DNA of 64,000 nt from Camelus ferus (lineage: Eukaryota), in NCBI RefSeq assembly GCF_009834535.1, contig NC_045697.1, positions 65,536,001 to 65,600,000 of the forward strand, read 5' to 3'. Below the pieces are notes generated by a model. That model saw only the letters and a program-made list of their open reading frames with translations, ran no database searches and had not been told where the DNA came from. The translations under genes and the position numbers were made by a program. Shown piece by piece: positions 13,716 through 28,514 of this stretch; position 1 is the first letter of the stretch; every line of letters starts with the position of its first letter.

Positions 13716-14389
13716 AGATGTAAGGAGACTAAGAGACACAACTAACTGCAAGACATGATCCTGCACTAACTTGTTAGGACGGACAGTATTCGGACCAATG
13801 ACAATGTTGTAACACGGAGTGCAGATTAAAGTATGGTATCGATGCTAAATTTCTTGAATTTGATAACAGTACCGTGGTTCTGTTACAGAAAATCACTGTT
13901 TTTTTAAAATAACATATTTTGAAAGAAAATTAGACCTGAATAAATAGACTAGAATAAATGAAAAAGTATAGTATTCTTAGATCCAAAGACTTTGTTAAAA
14001 TATTATTTCTGACTAAAGTAAATAATGTTATTTTTGAGTCCATTTAGAATCCTAGATTTTATGAATTTATGAGAATGATTTCAAATACATTTGGAGATAC
14101 ATTTGAATGATTATAGCTCAAAAAATCTGAAGGTTGAGAAAAAGGGAAAGCAAGAAATTAATTGTACATATTGACATAAAAATATAATGAAAATTGTATG
14201 TAATTAGACCAATAGAAAAGCATAGAAATTCCAGAATGTGTGTGTCTGTGGGTGTTTGTGTAACTGTATGAATTAGGCATATGCAGTAATCATTTCAAAT
14301 CAGGGGAGGAATTATGGATTCCCCTAGAACAATACTGTGGTAGTGGGCTAATTATTTGGAGAGGGAAAGTAATTATGTTCATATTACGT

Positions 14390-14740
14390 TGACTCTCGAG
14401 ACAACCTGCCTGGATTGGAATCCAGGATCTTAGCTATATGACCTTAGGCAAGTTACTTAATCTGTGTCTCAATTTTCTTATCTATAAAATAAAAATAATG
14501 GTGGTATTTACTTCACAGAATCTTTGTGAAGATTAATTGAATTAAACATGGAAACCTTTAATGAAAAAGATTATGAAAATGAATATATATATGTATATGA
14601 ATGACTGGGACATTGTGCTGTACACCAGATTGTAACCAAATTGACACATTGTAATTGACTGTACTTCAATTAAAAAAAAGTATTTAGCTCATAGTAAACA
14701 TTATATAAATGTTAAATTGTAGTGGCAGTAGTAGTAACAA
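14390..14740 (+). mobile_element. MIR SINE interrupted by a short L1 tail
   Basis: gactctcgag...ctgcctggattggaatcc...gaccttaggcaagttacttaa...; the MIR resumes after 14680 (gctcatagtaaacattatataaatgtt). Confidence 0.8.
14559..14679 (+). mobile_element. Severely 5'-truncated lineage-specific L1 3' end
   Basis: gaaaaagattatgaaaatgaatatatat...gactgggacattgtgctgtacaccaga...gactgtacttcaattaaaaaaaa; related to the 36.7-kb element. Confidence 0.8.
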
Positions 14741-14820
14741 TATCCTTAGTACTTGTCTTAATTGGATTGTTAATTCCCTTATCGTGTGCTAAGCCATAAT
14801 CAAACTAATGCTGTTCTTCA

Positions 14821-15245
14821 TATTAGCCATTAAAAAAAGAATGAAATTCTGCCATTTGCAACAGTGTGGATGGGCTTAGAGAATATTATGCTAAGTGAAG
14901 TCAGACTGGGAAAGGCAAATACTGTATGGTATTTATATGTGGCATCTAAAAAATACAACAAACACATAGATATAGCAAAACAGAAACAGACTCAGATAAC
15001 AGAAGATAAACTAGTGGTTACCAGTGGGGAGAGGGAAGCAGGGAAGGGCACCATAAGGGTATGAGATTAAGAGACACCAAGTACTATGTATAAAATAGAT
15101 AAGCAACAATGATATATTGTACAGCACAGGGAATTATTGCCATTATTTTGTAATAACTTTTAATGGAGTATAATCTATAAAAACAATTACTATGCTGTAC
15201 GTCTGGAAGTAATACAATATTATAAATTAACTATACTTCAAAAAA
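14821..15245 (+). mobile_element. 5'-truncated L1 (ORF2 end plus 3' UTR)
   Basis: agccattaaaaaaagaatgaaattctgccatttgcaacag...; ORF MWMGLENIMLSEV resembles the L1 ORF2 C-terminus; ends tatacttcaaaaaa. Possible diverged TSD: actaatgctgttcttca / attaataccattctttca. Confidence 0.88.
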
Positions 15246-17334
15246 TTAATACCATTCTTTCAGTGAGTTCACAAATACCCTGCATAGACATGGAAAAGTA
15301 AATATATAAAAATATTAAGGGAGCTACAATAGTGATCATCATATTGGGATTTGGATGTTTTCTTTATGATTTTTTCATTCTTTAAAATTTTTCTAGGATT
15401 TAAAGTATGATCTTAATTTCAGAAAAAAAGTTACTTAAACAGCAATATCATTGGTTCATTTCCAGTGGTATGTTTGAAAACTAATGGATATTGTGCTGTG
15501 TGTTTATGATTGGAACTGACATGTTACTCTGTAATAGTGACATATTAAAACATATCTATGTTTGTTTCAGAGAAATACATAAAATCTTGACATTGACAAA
15601 ATAATTGTGATTGATTTGACAGTTTGATTTTTTTATGGTTTCTTATGTTTATGTAGTACTTATGTTTTAGTTTCACTAATGAACAGTAATAACTTACATA
15701 TTATATTTACTTAGAAAGGTCTGTTGAATAATGAAAGTCTTTACACTTAAAAATCTTTAGTATAAAAGTGTTTACATTCTCATATTAGTGAACACAGAAT
15801 GATCATAAGGTCTCAGTAAATAATTTTTAGAATTAAAATTTCAGAGTTAGAGAAGCTCTTATATTACCAATTTCAATCCATTCATTGAACAGATGAATAA
15901 TCTAAAATGATGAATTTGACTGCTCGCCCAAAGTCAGGTCGTGTATCATTAATTGAAGATGTCAGAATTGAATACATTCTTCCTTTCCTCTTCCCTCCCT
16001 TCCATCCTTCCTTCCTTCTCCCTCCCCCGTCCTTCTTTTCTTCCTCCTTTAGCATTTCTTCAATGCCTGCTTTCTCTCAAACAAAACTGAAAAATTTACA
16101 CTATTATTTCAAGGCCAAAGAATATAAAATGATATTTAAGAAAACTGTTAAGAAGTTTTAAAAATCTATGAACAGTTGCTTCTTATGAAGAGCAGGAGAA
16201 GAAAATGTATGGTTTAAGAAGTTGAATAGGCAGAGATAGATCTAGTGCTTGTTAAATGTGTTCAATAACTTTTTTCTTCTACTTTGTGCAAAAAATCTTT
16301 AGGTGGGAATGACAAGGGGAAAGTCCTTAAAGGAACTAAAACCCCAGATAGGCACCTTTAATGAGTTTGAATTTCCAAGTCCAAATGAATGATATTCTAC
16401 GTGAGGGAATAAATGCATTTCCTGATGTGATATATGAGGTAGAGTAAATAATACCTACAAAACGTGAAAAAGAGGGCTGTTGTATAGTTGGAGATTGGCA
16501 TATTCAAAATTAGAAAAGAAAATTTATTCTGAGAAAGCAGTGAATTTGATTTCATTCCCTGATAAAATTACAGAATGGATTATTAATCATATGTGTTGCA
16601 GGTGGTAAAAAAAATAAGCAATTCGTGTTACTTACAAGTATAGTGACTATTCCAATTCATAATCATTTAAGTATAAGACATTTAATTATTTATTAGCAAA
16701 ATATTTATGAATATTTATAAATGTTCAATCAATATGTTATCAGTAAATTCCTCCTTAGGTGGAATTTTTTTACTTTAGTTGAGTCATAGAATGCTTTGGG
16801 AACACTAGTGCATCAATTTGTAAATTGCTGATCCATAGTACTTTAAGGTCCTGAAAAAGTAAGTATACTTTCTGAGAACCTAACTGAATCTCATGGAGTT
16901 ATTTATTCACCATTAATATTAAGATAAATGAGTCAGCTCACAATTGTCATATTAAAAACAGTTACATTCATTTCACAAATAGATAAACTGAGGCTCAGAA
17001 AAGATAGGACTAGAGAGGTAAGGACCCAGGTTAGATTTTCATTCTGAAAAGACCCAACTCCTGGTAACTAAGCTATGCAATACAAATATATGAGCTTGAA
17101 AGCAATTATTATTTCTCTGAAAATTTGTCTTCATATAGTATTATCAAGTTTAATACTTCTCAGTTAATAATCTTAAACTCATGGTTCTTATGTTAATATG
17201 GCCTCATTGCAATATAAATGGTACAATTAAGAAAAGCAAAATTTTAGACTCTTTTAAGGTAAAAATTGTACTAAAACCTGTTATCCTAATTGCCTATAAT
17301 ATGAGTCATTTGGAAAATGAATGTTGAATATGGG

Positions 17335-17540
17335 AAAGTGATTTCGAGCACAGGCTTTGTATTAAGAAAAACATTGCTTTAATATCTGACTTCTAAACTT
17401 ACTAACTCTGAGAACTGAATGAGTTACTTAAACTAAGTTTTAGTTTCTTCATCTATGAAATGGATGGGAAAACATATAATTCATAACTATTGTAAGAATT
17501 AAATGAGAAAAGTTATTTAAATACTTAGCACTGGGCCAAG
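17335..17540 (+). mobile_element. MIR SINE
   Basis: gagttacttaaactaagttttagtttcttcatctatgaaatgg...gtaagaattaaatgag. Confidence 0.7.
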
Positions 17541-18619
17541 CAGCAACAAATATATATGGATGGGCTCACACACACAGCACACACACACACAATACTTAAC
17601 TTTAGCTAGACTATTTTTGAAGCCATTATTACTCCAGAGACTAGATGTATCTGAGTTGGTTTAGCATTCCACTAGGCATGTTACTTTTCATGCCTTTTTC
17701 CTCCAAAAACAATAAAACCAGTTCTGTATTCTTACATAAAACAATTTTAAAAAGAAAATAATAATGCAAATGTTCAACAAATGATTTACTATTGTTTGTG
17801 TTTGTCTGGAAGGAGCTTCCCACAACTTTAGTCACAGCCACAGATCCTTATTTCAAACAAGATACATCTTTTAGATATTTAAATATGTGTTCTCATATCA
17901 TAGAACTTAAATGTGAAGTCATTTGTTCTGTGCTCTAGCTGCAATGTGCTATATATAAGTAAAATAGCATGTGCTGTGGTTTCTGAGTGCTATCACTAAA
18001 AATCTAAGGAGACACACACTGAGAAGAATGGTTATAAGACCAAGAAGAATTGTTTCCTTAATCTTTAATTGCTCATTAAAATGTTTCTGAGGTTTAAAAT
18101 ATAAAATCATGGTAGAGAGCTCTGGCATATGATGTTATAACTCAGTGCCATGAAAGCTCTATTAAACTCTAACATACTTAGAACCCAAGAATATAAATTT
18201 TGATGCAGAAAAATCTAAACCAAGGGTGAAATGCCATGTTGAGTTTTTTAATAACCTACTTAATAATTTACACTTTAAGAATATATAGAATATCTTGGGA
18301 ACATTTTTCTCAGAAAGAATTCTTTGGAGTAAGTTTTACCTTTGCTCCTGTGTTAATGATGGCTTTGATAAAAATGACCCGAGGAAAAAAGACAATCTCC
18401 ATCAGATATTATCTGCGTCTGAAATATTCTTCACTGATTTCACACGCACTGATAATATGAAAGGTAATTTGTCTAATTCTGGTAGGTCAAGATTTGCAGT
18501 AGTAAATGCAAAATTCGCATATAGCTCTTCTCTAAAAAGTCTCTGCAGTGTTTTTCAGTTTATATAAAAAGGCTTAAGATATTGCCTGAGGCATCCTTTT
18601 TTCCCTCAAGGCAAGCTAA

Positions 18620-19009
<390 letters not shown>

Positions 19010-19999
19010 TAAAAAAAGAATGTGATATTTCATATGTTATGAATTCGGTTAAGAAGGTTCCAGTTCCGTATCTTGACCTCAATAAGTGTTCTAAAAGGTC
19101 TTCACAGCAATTCTCAGAAAAGAACATTTCCTGCTCTTTCCTAGTGGATCTCAACACTGCATATTTCCAGCAAAAAACAGTTTAGTGTCTTTCAAAGTAA
19201 GTTCAATTTCATTAATAAAGCCAAAAATGAATGTCAGAGGTAAGGTTCACAAGAAACTCAAGACAAGATTTTCCTTCCCAAGCGCTGACATTCTGAGATA
19301 CAGCCTTACTAGGATGAGGATACTACCAGATCAGATATCAATTATTTACATACGTAAGAGATGTTGAGACTTGCTCTTTGTTGAGAGACATTATTTTATG
19401 TATTAAAGATATTCATTGGCAGTGAAAAGACTTTACGATTCTGATAAGAAATTTCATGCTTCATCTTTCACTTTAATATATAATCTTTACCAATGACTTA
19501 GAGTTTCACTATTTTCTAAAGAATGTCTTTGTTGTGTTATTCAGTATTCAATCTGCCCTACTCTTTAAATGTGTCTAGTTAATTACTTGACTCTTACAGT
19601 TTCAGAATAGAATAATATTTATTAAATCCCTTATTGAAGACTACTGCCATCATAGACAATGAAATAATAAAATATTTATGGGATTCATAGTTTCCTGCAA
19701 ACTTGTCACATGTATTGAAGAGGAGAAGTTTGTGTCAGTGGAGACACATGACACTTCTGCATTAATATGTACAACTTTCAGTAGCATCTTACTTTTTATT
19801 CACATTTGCTATTGGATCTTGCATTAAATTTCATTCTTTCTCTGATCATTTGACTGATCATAAAGTTTGTCTAGATGTTTCTTCTCCACTTTCTCACTTA
19901 AAATCTATTCCTCACACCTCTGTAAGCATGCTTTTCCTTCTTCCTTTCTGTATCAAGGGCTCTGACTAAGGTTGTAGTTATCACAGATATTTTTGGTCT

Positions 20000-22340
20000 A
20001 TTCATTAATCACTAATCTGGTAAGTATTTAATTGACACTATTTTTTTAAGTAGAACTTTGCTAGTCACTGAATATACAATTGTGAGCAAGAGAGTCTTTG
20101 CCATCATTGAGCTGCAAGTCTTGTGGGACACAAACATAAAACCCACGTATGATAGAGATCCAGCACAGACTGAAATGAGATCACAGAGGTAGGGAGGCTA
20201 AATATATCTTAATGTGGCAAAGAAAGCTTTTGAATTAGTACTCTATAAACAGAAACAGAATTAACTATGCAAAGGGCTTACTAAAGAAGAGAATGGGTTA
20301 AAGGAGACATAGATGGTAGGAGAGAATTTAAGACCAAGAACTGAGAAAGAAATTAGAGCAGATTATGCAGAATGGAGCTGATAAAGATGAGGCTGAAGAT
20401 ATATTTATTATTACAGGAAGTTTGAACTTGATTTTCAGGGAAATGATCAGCAATTTAAAGGCAGTAAATAGGGGAATGCATGTAAAAATATTCTGATTAT
20501 AGTGTGGAAAAGTTGAAAGAACAATGTGGAAAGGGCAACAAATTATCAGAGTATTCTAATAACTAAATAAAGAGTTAATGCACAAAGGTAAGATGGCATT
20601 GGGAATCAAAAGAAGGGTATTGATGAATCAGTAGAACCCAATGAATTATATAGTGGTGTGGGAATTGGTACTGAAGAAGAAAAAGGATGTGAAGTTTATC
20701 CTAGGTTTCTGGATTGGGAAATTACATGTATTGAATATTGATGTCATCTTCTGGGAAAAAGAAAAGAAGAGCAGGTGTAATGGGGAAGATGATACATTCA
20801 TTTTGGTGCATTTGAGTTTAAGGTATCTATGAAATATCCAAGGATATATTTACTATGCTTGTTAGTGGTGTTATATATTTATCAGAAGCACAGAAGAGAC
20901 ATTTGGGCCAAATATATACTTAGGAGACACTGGCATGCAGATGAGAACTGAAGCCATGGAAGTGAATAAGATCATACAGAGAGAGATCATTGCTCTCAAC
21001 TGCATACTTCTGATCGAGGACCACTGGCCCAGAGAGGGCCTAGGACAGAGCCCTAAGGAAAGGAATAGACAGAGGAACTTTCAATGGCAACTAATAAGGA
21101 GTGGTAAAAAAGATGCAAGTACTGTATATACCATCTACTGATATAAACACTGAATAAAGGCAATATTTGAATATGGAGGGTTTGGTCAACAGTGTTAAAC
21201 ATTTCAAAGAATCAAGTAAAATTAAGACTTGAAAGGTTTTCATTGGATTTAGCAGTAAACTTGTTAGTGGTAGTGTTCCAATGACATAGCTGTGTAACAG
21301 ATTCCTCTAAAACTTACCAGTTGTGAGTGTCACAAGTTTACACAAGGCATAGTGAGGATGGCTTATCTTTGCTCAATGATACCTGAAGCCTCAGCTGGAC
21401 AACTCAAAGTCTGGAGGCGGAACTTATCTAAAGACTTGTTCATTTCACTCCCATGTCTGGTGGTTATGCTGGCTGAGGGCTGAGGGCCTCAGCTTTCCTC
21501 CATGGTCTCTTTTCATAGAATGGTTTGGCTCTCTCATAGCGTGGTGATTGATCTCTCCATAGAAAGCATCCCCAAAATAGAGAAAAGAGTCAATGAAACA
21601 GAAGAATTTTGTAGTCCAGGTTCAGGATCATAAACTTGTATGATGGTGTGAGCTTCTCTTTCAGGGAACATTCTAGATATGCCACTTCATGGCTTTGTTA
21701 TAAATTAAAACGGTTAAAAAATGTAAAGTTTTTAGATACAGTAACTTATATAAGTGTCACATAAGTGTTTACCAAATAAATAAAAAAACAAAAACAAATT
21801 AGACTCAATTGTGGATAATTAGGCACATAAAAAGTATAATAAGGCAAATTATTTCAGATTATTGGCAAGATGGTGTTGAAATAGTAGATCCTAGGGTATA
21901 TGGAGCAATAAAAAAAAAATAGAAGGACCAATAATGAGAATGTAGCAGAGAGCAAGCCTGAAAAGTAATAGTTGAGTAGTGGGAGAGAGCAGAGTTCTGA
22001 TGAGACCGGAGAACAACAGTGGAAACGTCAGTGTGAGAGAGTTTAAAGCTTGTATTTACAAAAAGAGAAACTGGAGCCTAAAATTTTTGAAATAGAACAG
22101 TAGAGGACAAGTTACAGGTGTGTGGATGTGGATTCCTGAAGAGTTGGTGAAGGACTTCAAAGCTGATTACGAAACTGAGAGCCCAGAGGATTAGATGAAC
22201 CATCTGTAATGATGGTTGGCTTGGACTGGAGAGGGAGAAAATAAGCCATGTGGCAAACAAAGTTGTCAGTAAATGAGGAGCGATAACTAGGATGTTGATA
22301 GAAAGAAGCATCAACCAGAAATGGGAGGTGGTGAAGCTAG
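20000..22340 (-). mobile_element. L2 LINE, long decayed copy interrupted by an LTR
   Basis: Reverse L2 3' end near 20000-20130, then L2 body (ttttggtgcatttgagtttaaggtatctatgaaatatcca; gaagccatggaagtgaataagatcat). Confidence 0.7.
21270..21620. mobile_element. MaLR (MLT1F/G-like) LTR remnant
   Basis: gctgtgtaacagattcctctaaaactta...gatggcttatctttgctc...cctcagctggacaactcaaag...catgtctggtggttatgctggctg. Confidence 0.65.
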
Positions 22341-22344
22341 ATGT

Positions 22345-23465
22345 AATTAAGCTCCTTTTTACCTCACTTCTTTCCATTCCATCCAACTTTTCTGTGTGTG
22401 GTTTCAATAACTACCAATATGCAGATCACTCCCAAATCTATCTTACCCATCCTTGAATTTTAGTTTTGTAGACTCTGTGGATATACTCGAGATACTACAA
22501 ATTCCAACATGCCAATAAGTGATTTTATTTTACACTTTAAAGCTTTATAGCCTCTCATATTCTCTATTCCAACTGATGCATTACCAGCCACTCAGACATA
22601 AGGGTTAGAAACTTGGAAACAATTTTGATTTCTTCTTCTTTCTACCCCTTATATCCACCCATCATCAAGTCCTGCAAATTTTACCTCCTAATTATTTCTG
22701 GGAGTGGAGATCTCTTCTCACCTAGGGAGATGAGACCTAGACACTTTACCTAGATTAAGCCTACCTCATTTCTCATCTGAACTACAGGAACCTCACAGTA
22801 GTCTTTCTTTTTCAATTTTGGCCCCTGTAAATATAGGCTCACTTACTTGTATATACACCCGAATGATCAGTATCATGGAGAGCTAAGCACATAATTCCCA
22901 TTCCTCAAATACTTCCTTGGCTTCCTAGTGCCCACTCTTTATAAGTTATTTAGAGCATGAACAATATTCCATCATCTGACTCCTGTCCAGTGCCGATTCT
23001 CATCTCTTATCACTCATGTCTCACATTTAATTGTTCAGTTACTCCAACTATTTTTGTCCCTTGAACATAAGAGAAGACTGTGTCATGCCTCTGTGCCTTT
23101 GCTTCTACTCTTTTCAGTTTCTGTAATGCCTTTATTACCAACTGCTTAATCTCTACACCCACTCTGTGCTTTCATATGGCAAATTCCTACAGGTCCTCTA
23201 ATTCTTGCTTTGATCTCACTTCTTTCAGGAAGTCTTTGCTGGAATTAGGGACTATCTTCCATGCTCTAATATATTTATCACAGTATTACCAACTATAGTG
23301 TAATTCCCCCCCCCTTTTTTTTTGTCTCCACCTGAGTCCTTTGAAAACAAGATGGTGTCCTGTTTATCTGTTTATCTTTATGGTCGCTTTGCCTAAGCTG
23401 AGTGTCTTGTACATATTAGATGTTTAATAAATGCATACTGATCAACTAAGTAAATAAATGAATGC
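22345..23465 (+). mobile_element. L2 LINE with 3' end
   Basis: atatgcagatcactcccaaatctat...; ends gtacatattagatgtttaataaatgcatactgatcaactaagtaaataaatgaatg. Confidence 0.75.
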
Positions 23466-26400
23466 TAAATACTTAACTAAATCAGGCATGAAGTTAACTG
23501 CGATATTGTGTTTATGAGATTGCAGTCTATCTGTGACCTTAAACTCATTTAACCCAAACAGAAAGTTATCTGGAATGTCTCCACTGGTATATTTTGTTAG
23601 GTAGCTAAGATGAGAAACTTATAAATAAGGTCTCCCATTGGTTGAAGTCTTATTTTTGAGAATATTGACAAGCTTATGGATTGGCTTTCTGAATTTTGTC
23701 TCCAGGTGGCCAAATTTTAGCAAGTTTTGGAGAACATCCAAAAGGGAAAGATAAATAAAATTATCCATATGGTTAGCATGCTTTTCTAGTTCTCTAAACA
23801 AGCTGCAGATATCAAAAGTTATAAATATGTTAAGCACTTTTCTATCTCAACTGTTCCCTTAAATAAGTTGTACAGCCTGTAGGTTGATTGTACATTTATA
23901 CAAATTCATAATGATGAATCATGCTGAATTGCACATAATTAACTACTTCATCTGAAAGCCTGCTATTCTTCCAGTTGCTAACAATGAAAAGGTGAATTCA
24001 TTAAAAGATACCGAGAGTATCTTTATGCTTTGATTAAAAATAAATTAAGAAAAGGCTCCCAAACTCTATGAAAAAGAGAATCAATCAATGCAGTGGCACT
24101 GAAATGGTAATGCACAGGCAGTGAAATTGGAATTAGTGATAATTTCCAATAAAATGTAGTCTTTTATGGAGAAGTACAGCTCTTATTTCAGAATTACAGT
24201 CTTTATGGAGCCACTAGACCAGATTGAATAGGAATAAAGAAGCATTTCATGATTATCAGACACATTTTTGAAAAAAGAGTTCAGGGACAGCTAACAGCAA
24301 AAAAAAAAAAAAATGTTAAATATATGTGAGTTGTTTACTAATCCTGATTTTTTAAAAATTTTGTAACTTCAAAGCATTCCAAAAAAACAGCTCAGGGAAT
24401 CCAACTGTGCAAAAGCAGTATGGTCCATTATAGAGATAAACTTAGTACATCTGTTTGGCTAGAACATTAGAGCTTGTGAATTAGGCAGTTTAATGCATGA
24501 ATGGGAGATGAATTTTATGCAAGTTTTGTTGCCATTTTATATCTTCCCTTATCTCCATGCGTACATACATCGCTCTGCAATCAACATACTTTAAAAAAAC
24601 TGGGGCTTGATTTTTGAAGATCCCTTATATTTACTTTATGGTCAGTGACTCTTAACATCATCTGGGCCATGAAGAGTCTCTACGACTTACTCGCACATGT
24701 GGTTGTATGTGATCTGTTTGCTATTTACTTGCAAAGGGAAATTTCAGAGTTTACCTCAGCTGGTTTTGTCTGCTGCTTTGAAATATAAATAATTGTAGTC
24801 ATGTAAAATGTTTGAGGCTGTCACCTATGTTTCTTTACTGGCAAGCATGTACTATACCAGCTATGTGCCAGGAACAAGAAGAGCAAAAGAAAAACAAGGA
24901 ATATTAAGTGGCTTAACAAATATTCCTTGGGTATCCTATGCCCAACCTAGATATTTTGAATATGATTATAGTAAGAAAGATAAAATTCTTACAAGAATGT
25001 TTGATACCATGTAAGGGAAGTAGGACATAGCCAAACTGGGACCAAATAAACCACTTTTGATGAGAGGAGCAGACAGGACTATTGAAAGGAGTAAAGAAGA
25101 AAACTCCTTTGGTAGCTTTCTTAAGTATCAAATAGTTCCACAGATGCTAGTGATGAGTACAAAGAGGACCTTTAGGAATGGTAGAAGGTAACTTGATGGC
25201 TGCTGCACAGGAGTGAACATGAGAGGCAGCCCACTGGCTTTGAGATCCCAGGACAATTTTTGGAAGAGAATAAAGAGCTCTTTCCACTGCCAGATGGATG
25301 GCACTATTACAGAGAATCACAACTTTCTCATTTCCACAAAAAGAAGAGTCAGACATTCTTCTCTATTAAATTAGGCAACAGAAGAGGTTGTTGATGAGAA
25401 AGTATCTCTTTAAAACCTTGAGTAGGAGAATAACTCAAAAAGACATCCATTTTAGTAGGGTAGATATCAAATATATGAAATTTGCCGATGTCCTAGTCAC
25501 AAAACCCCAAAGGATTCAAGCCTTGAAATGCAGTCGCTAAAGCCATTCCTTTCTAATGTTTTCTGATATTTCACATTCAATTTGAATAGAACAAAAATGA
25601 TATTGGCTAGCTCTGTTGTTTACTGACCCTAATGAACACAGAGAAAATGAGAGTAATTCCCTGTGACAGGTTAACTGGACTATAGAGACAGGTTTTTTTC
25701 CTTCATTCTGTTCTTACAGATATTAATTCAAAAAGGCTCTCTGTAATTTTTATTTAGGTTAGAACAACATCTCTGTTGTTGCTAATTATGATTGGCAGTC
25801 CTTAACAAAGAGAGCGCCAAGCACTCTGAGTGCTGTCACATCTACTTGAGAATTTCCCCATGCTGATTTACAGCATGACAAGGTGCTCATTTTCTTTCTT
25901 TTTATCACCATAATTCTCCAACACTAAAGAAAAAATTGAACTTTCATACTTTCAGAGACTGTTTAAACTCTATCATTATTGGGAAGTGAGTAATTTGTAT
26001 GACCAGAAAACAGTGCCATGACACAAAGATGTGAATCCACCGGTTTACATTCCCTGTGAATTGTACTGAGCTTCTAAGTTAGTATTCTGTGATCTATGTG
26101 CATGTGATAGCCCCTGGTTTTCATTTATTTTAATACTAACTCTTCCTGATTTGAGCCAGAAAATCCTTTCTCATGCTGACCTAGCCTTTTGAAGAGTTAA
26201 AAGTAATTATGTAAAATGAGGCACAAACAGATTTCTGCTTAAAAAATGCTTATAAAACAAGAACTGGTATGAACAACATTTTCTTGACTTCTCAGAACTA
26301 CTTATGAGTACATACCATAATTAAAAGCATTATTTTAGTCTTTAACAAGACAAAAGAGTGGTTTCCCGAGAGGCATGTTAAAAAATTGAAGGGCCATCTT

Positions 26401-26597
26401 AAGATTTTCTGAGTCAGTTTCTTTTTCTTCCTTTCTCAAAGTGCTATAAGAAAATATATATTTAAAAACATAAATTTAAATGATAAAAAAGCAGGTGTTA
26501 TTGATCCTTTAAAATAGCATTGACATCTTTGTCAGTGTTTTTACAGTACTATGTTACAATACCCCTCAGCTCAGATAATGAGGTTAAGGACAGAAAC

Positions 26598-27150
26598 GTA
26601 CAATGTGGGGAATATAGTCAATAATAATATAACAGTTTTGAATGGTGAGAGATGGTAACTAGAGTTTTCTTGGTGATCATTTTGAAATGTATAGAAATAT
26701 CAACTCGCCACATTGTGCACCAGGAAGTAACATAGTGTTGTAGGTCAATTATACTTCAAAAACAAACAAAAACAACAACAAAACAATCAAACTAGTAGAA
26801 AAAGAGATCAGATTTGTACTTACCAGTGATGGGAGGTAGGGTGGGAAAATTGGATGAAAGTAACAAAAAGGCACAAACTTCTAATATAAATAAGTACTAG
26901 GAATGTAATGTACAACATGATAAATATAATTAACACTGCTGAATGCTATATATGAAAGTTAAGAGAGTAAATTCTGAGGGTTCTCATCACAAGGAAACAC
27001 ATTTTATTTCGTATCTACACAAAATGATGGATATTCACTAAACTTATTGTGGTAATCATGTCATGATGTATGTAAGTCAAATCAATATGCTGTACGTCTT
27101 AAACTTATATAGTGCTAAATGTCAATTACATCTCAGTAAAACTGAAAAGG
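26598..27150 (+). mobile_element. L1 3' UTR with two tail-like modules
   Basis: First module ends gtcaattatacttcaaaaacaaacaaaaac (~26760); second ends gtcaattacatctcagtaaaactgaaaagg (~27150). Confidence 0.8.
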
Positions 27151-28514
27151 AATTAAATAAATACACACATACTTACAGGTCAGCTGCGGGGGCAAAAAAG
27201 AATAGGGACAGACGTCACCAAAGATAAATCTATTCAAAGGTGATTTAGGATCAAAGTTAAAGTATTGGGATCCAAGGACTACATGTGATAGAAGAGATGT
27301 TCAGTTCAGAATGTAAATTTTGAAATTCAATTTTTGTTTGACTCAGTTCATTTCCCCTTCACCTATGAATACGTAGTTAGAACTTTAGTAATGATGGTTA
27401 TGTTTCTACCACAGCTTTTTAAAACGAAATCATGTCTTGAAAATTAAGACTCTTAGCATTTAACCTAGCTCTAAGATACATGCTTTTAAGCGAACTATAA
27501 TGCACATAATGCTGAATTTAGGATTCCCGTCTCTAGTTGACAGAACTGACAGGTAATAAGGCACTGTGATACTTTTGTTAAGTACTCTTAAATGTGGCAC
27601 CGCCTTTACCTGAATTTTTCATAATTATAAGGCAGAGAAATTCCAACATGTTATATAAATTCACATCCTATATCTTATCTATATCAGTGTTTCTTATTTG
27701 TAAACTACATTTCTTGATGGCAGTTGTTCTTTTTTGTATCAAGATGTAACCAAAGGCCAGTACATAATCCATACTTCCACAGTTTGGACACATAAAATTG
27801 CTCTTTGATTTGTGGGTGACCAAACTTTATGGAGTCTCTTTATTTTTACAACTCTGCCTCTCAGGCTCTAAATTGCCATTCCATTTGGGACAGCTACACA
27901 GTTTGTTCTGTCTGCTTCAGTTGTTTTCTAGCAGTTAATGATTATATCCATTGTTTAAACTTTAGCATTTCCTGAAAGTATTTCTTCTGCCTTTAGTATT
28001 TAAAATTCTTCATTCTCTAGGAAACATCTCCTTGTTTAGTAAATGAGAATTATTTATCTAGTCACAAGAGTGAATAGGACAGCATGGTATCTGTCTTCAT
28101 GGAAACAAACTAGGAAACACACAACTCCGTCATAAAATCATAATTATCACACTGAGGAAAGCACAAGTCACAGTGGGCATGGAGTTGACAGATATGCTGC
28201 TACTTGGTAGATTACAGTCAGGTCAAATTCATAACGTGTCATGACCTATCGAAGACGAGAGGAACACAGACTAGGAACCAAGTTGGTTTTTTGGGGGGTT
28301 TTTTTGCCAAATGACAATGGGAAAAATTAATTGGCCAGTTAACTCACTTGATCTTTGCTTCCTGATCTATAAAAGAAAGTGTCAGATTATTTTAAAATTT
28401 TCTTTCATATACCGTATGATGTATAATATAAATATTTAATTAAACAACTCTTTTCATATCTTTGTGTTTCCTTGAGAGACAGTTCAGTTTTAAATCCTTT
28501 ATCTATCCATTTCA

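Noticed and set aside
20000..23465. Adjacent oppositely oriented L2 copies as a dsRNA-forming inverted repeat
   Set aside because: The copies are too diverged for any extended pairing that I could see.
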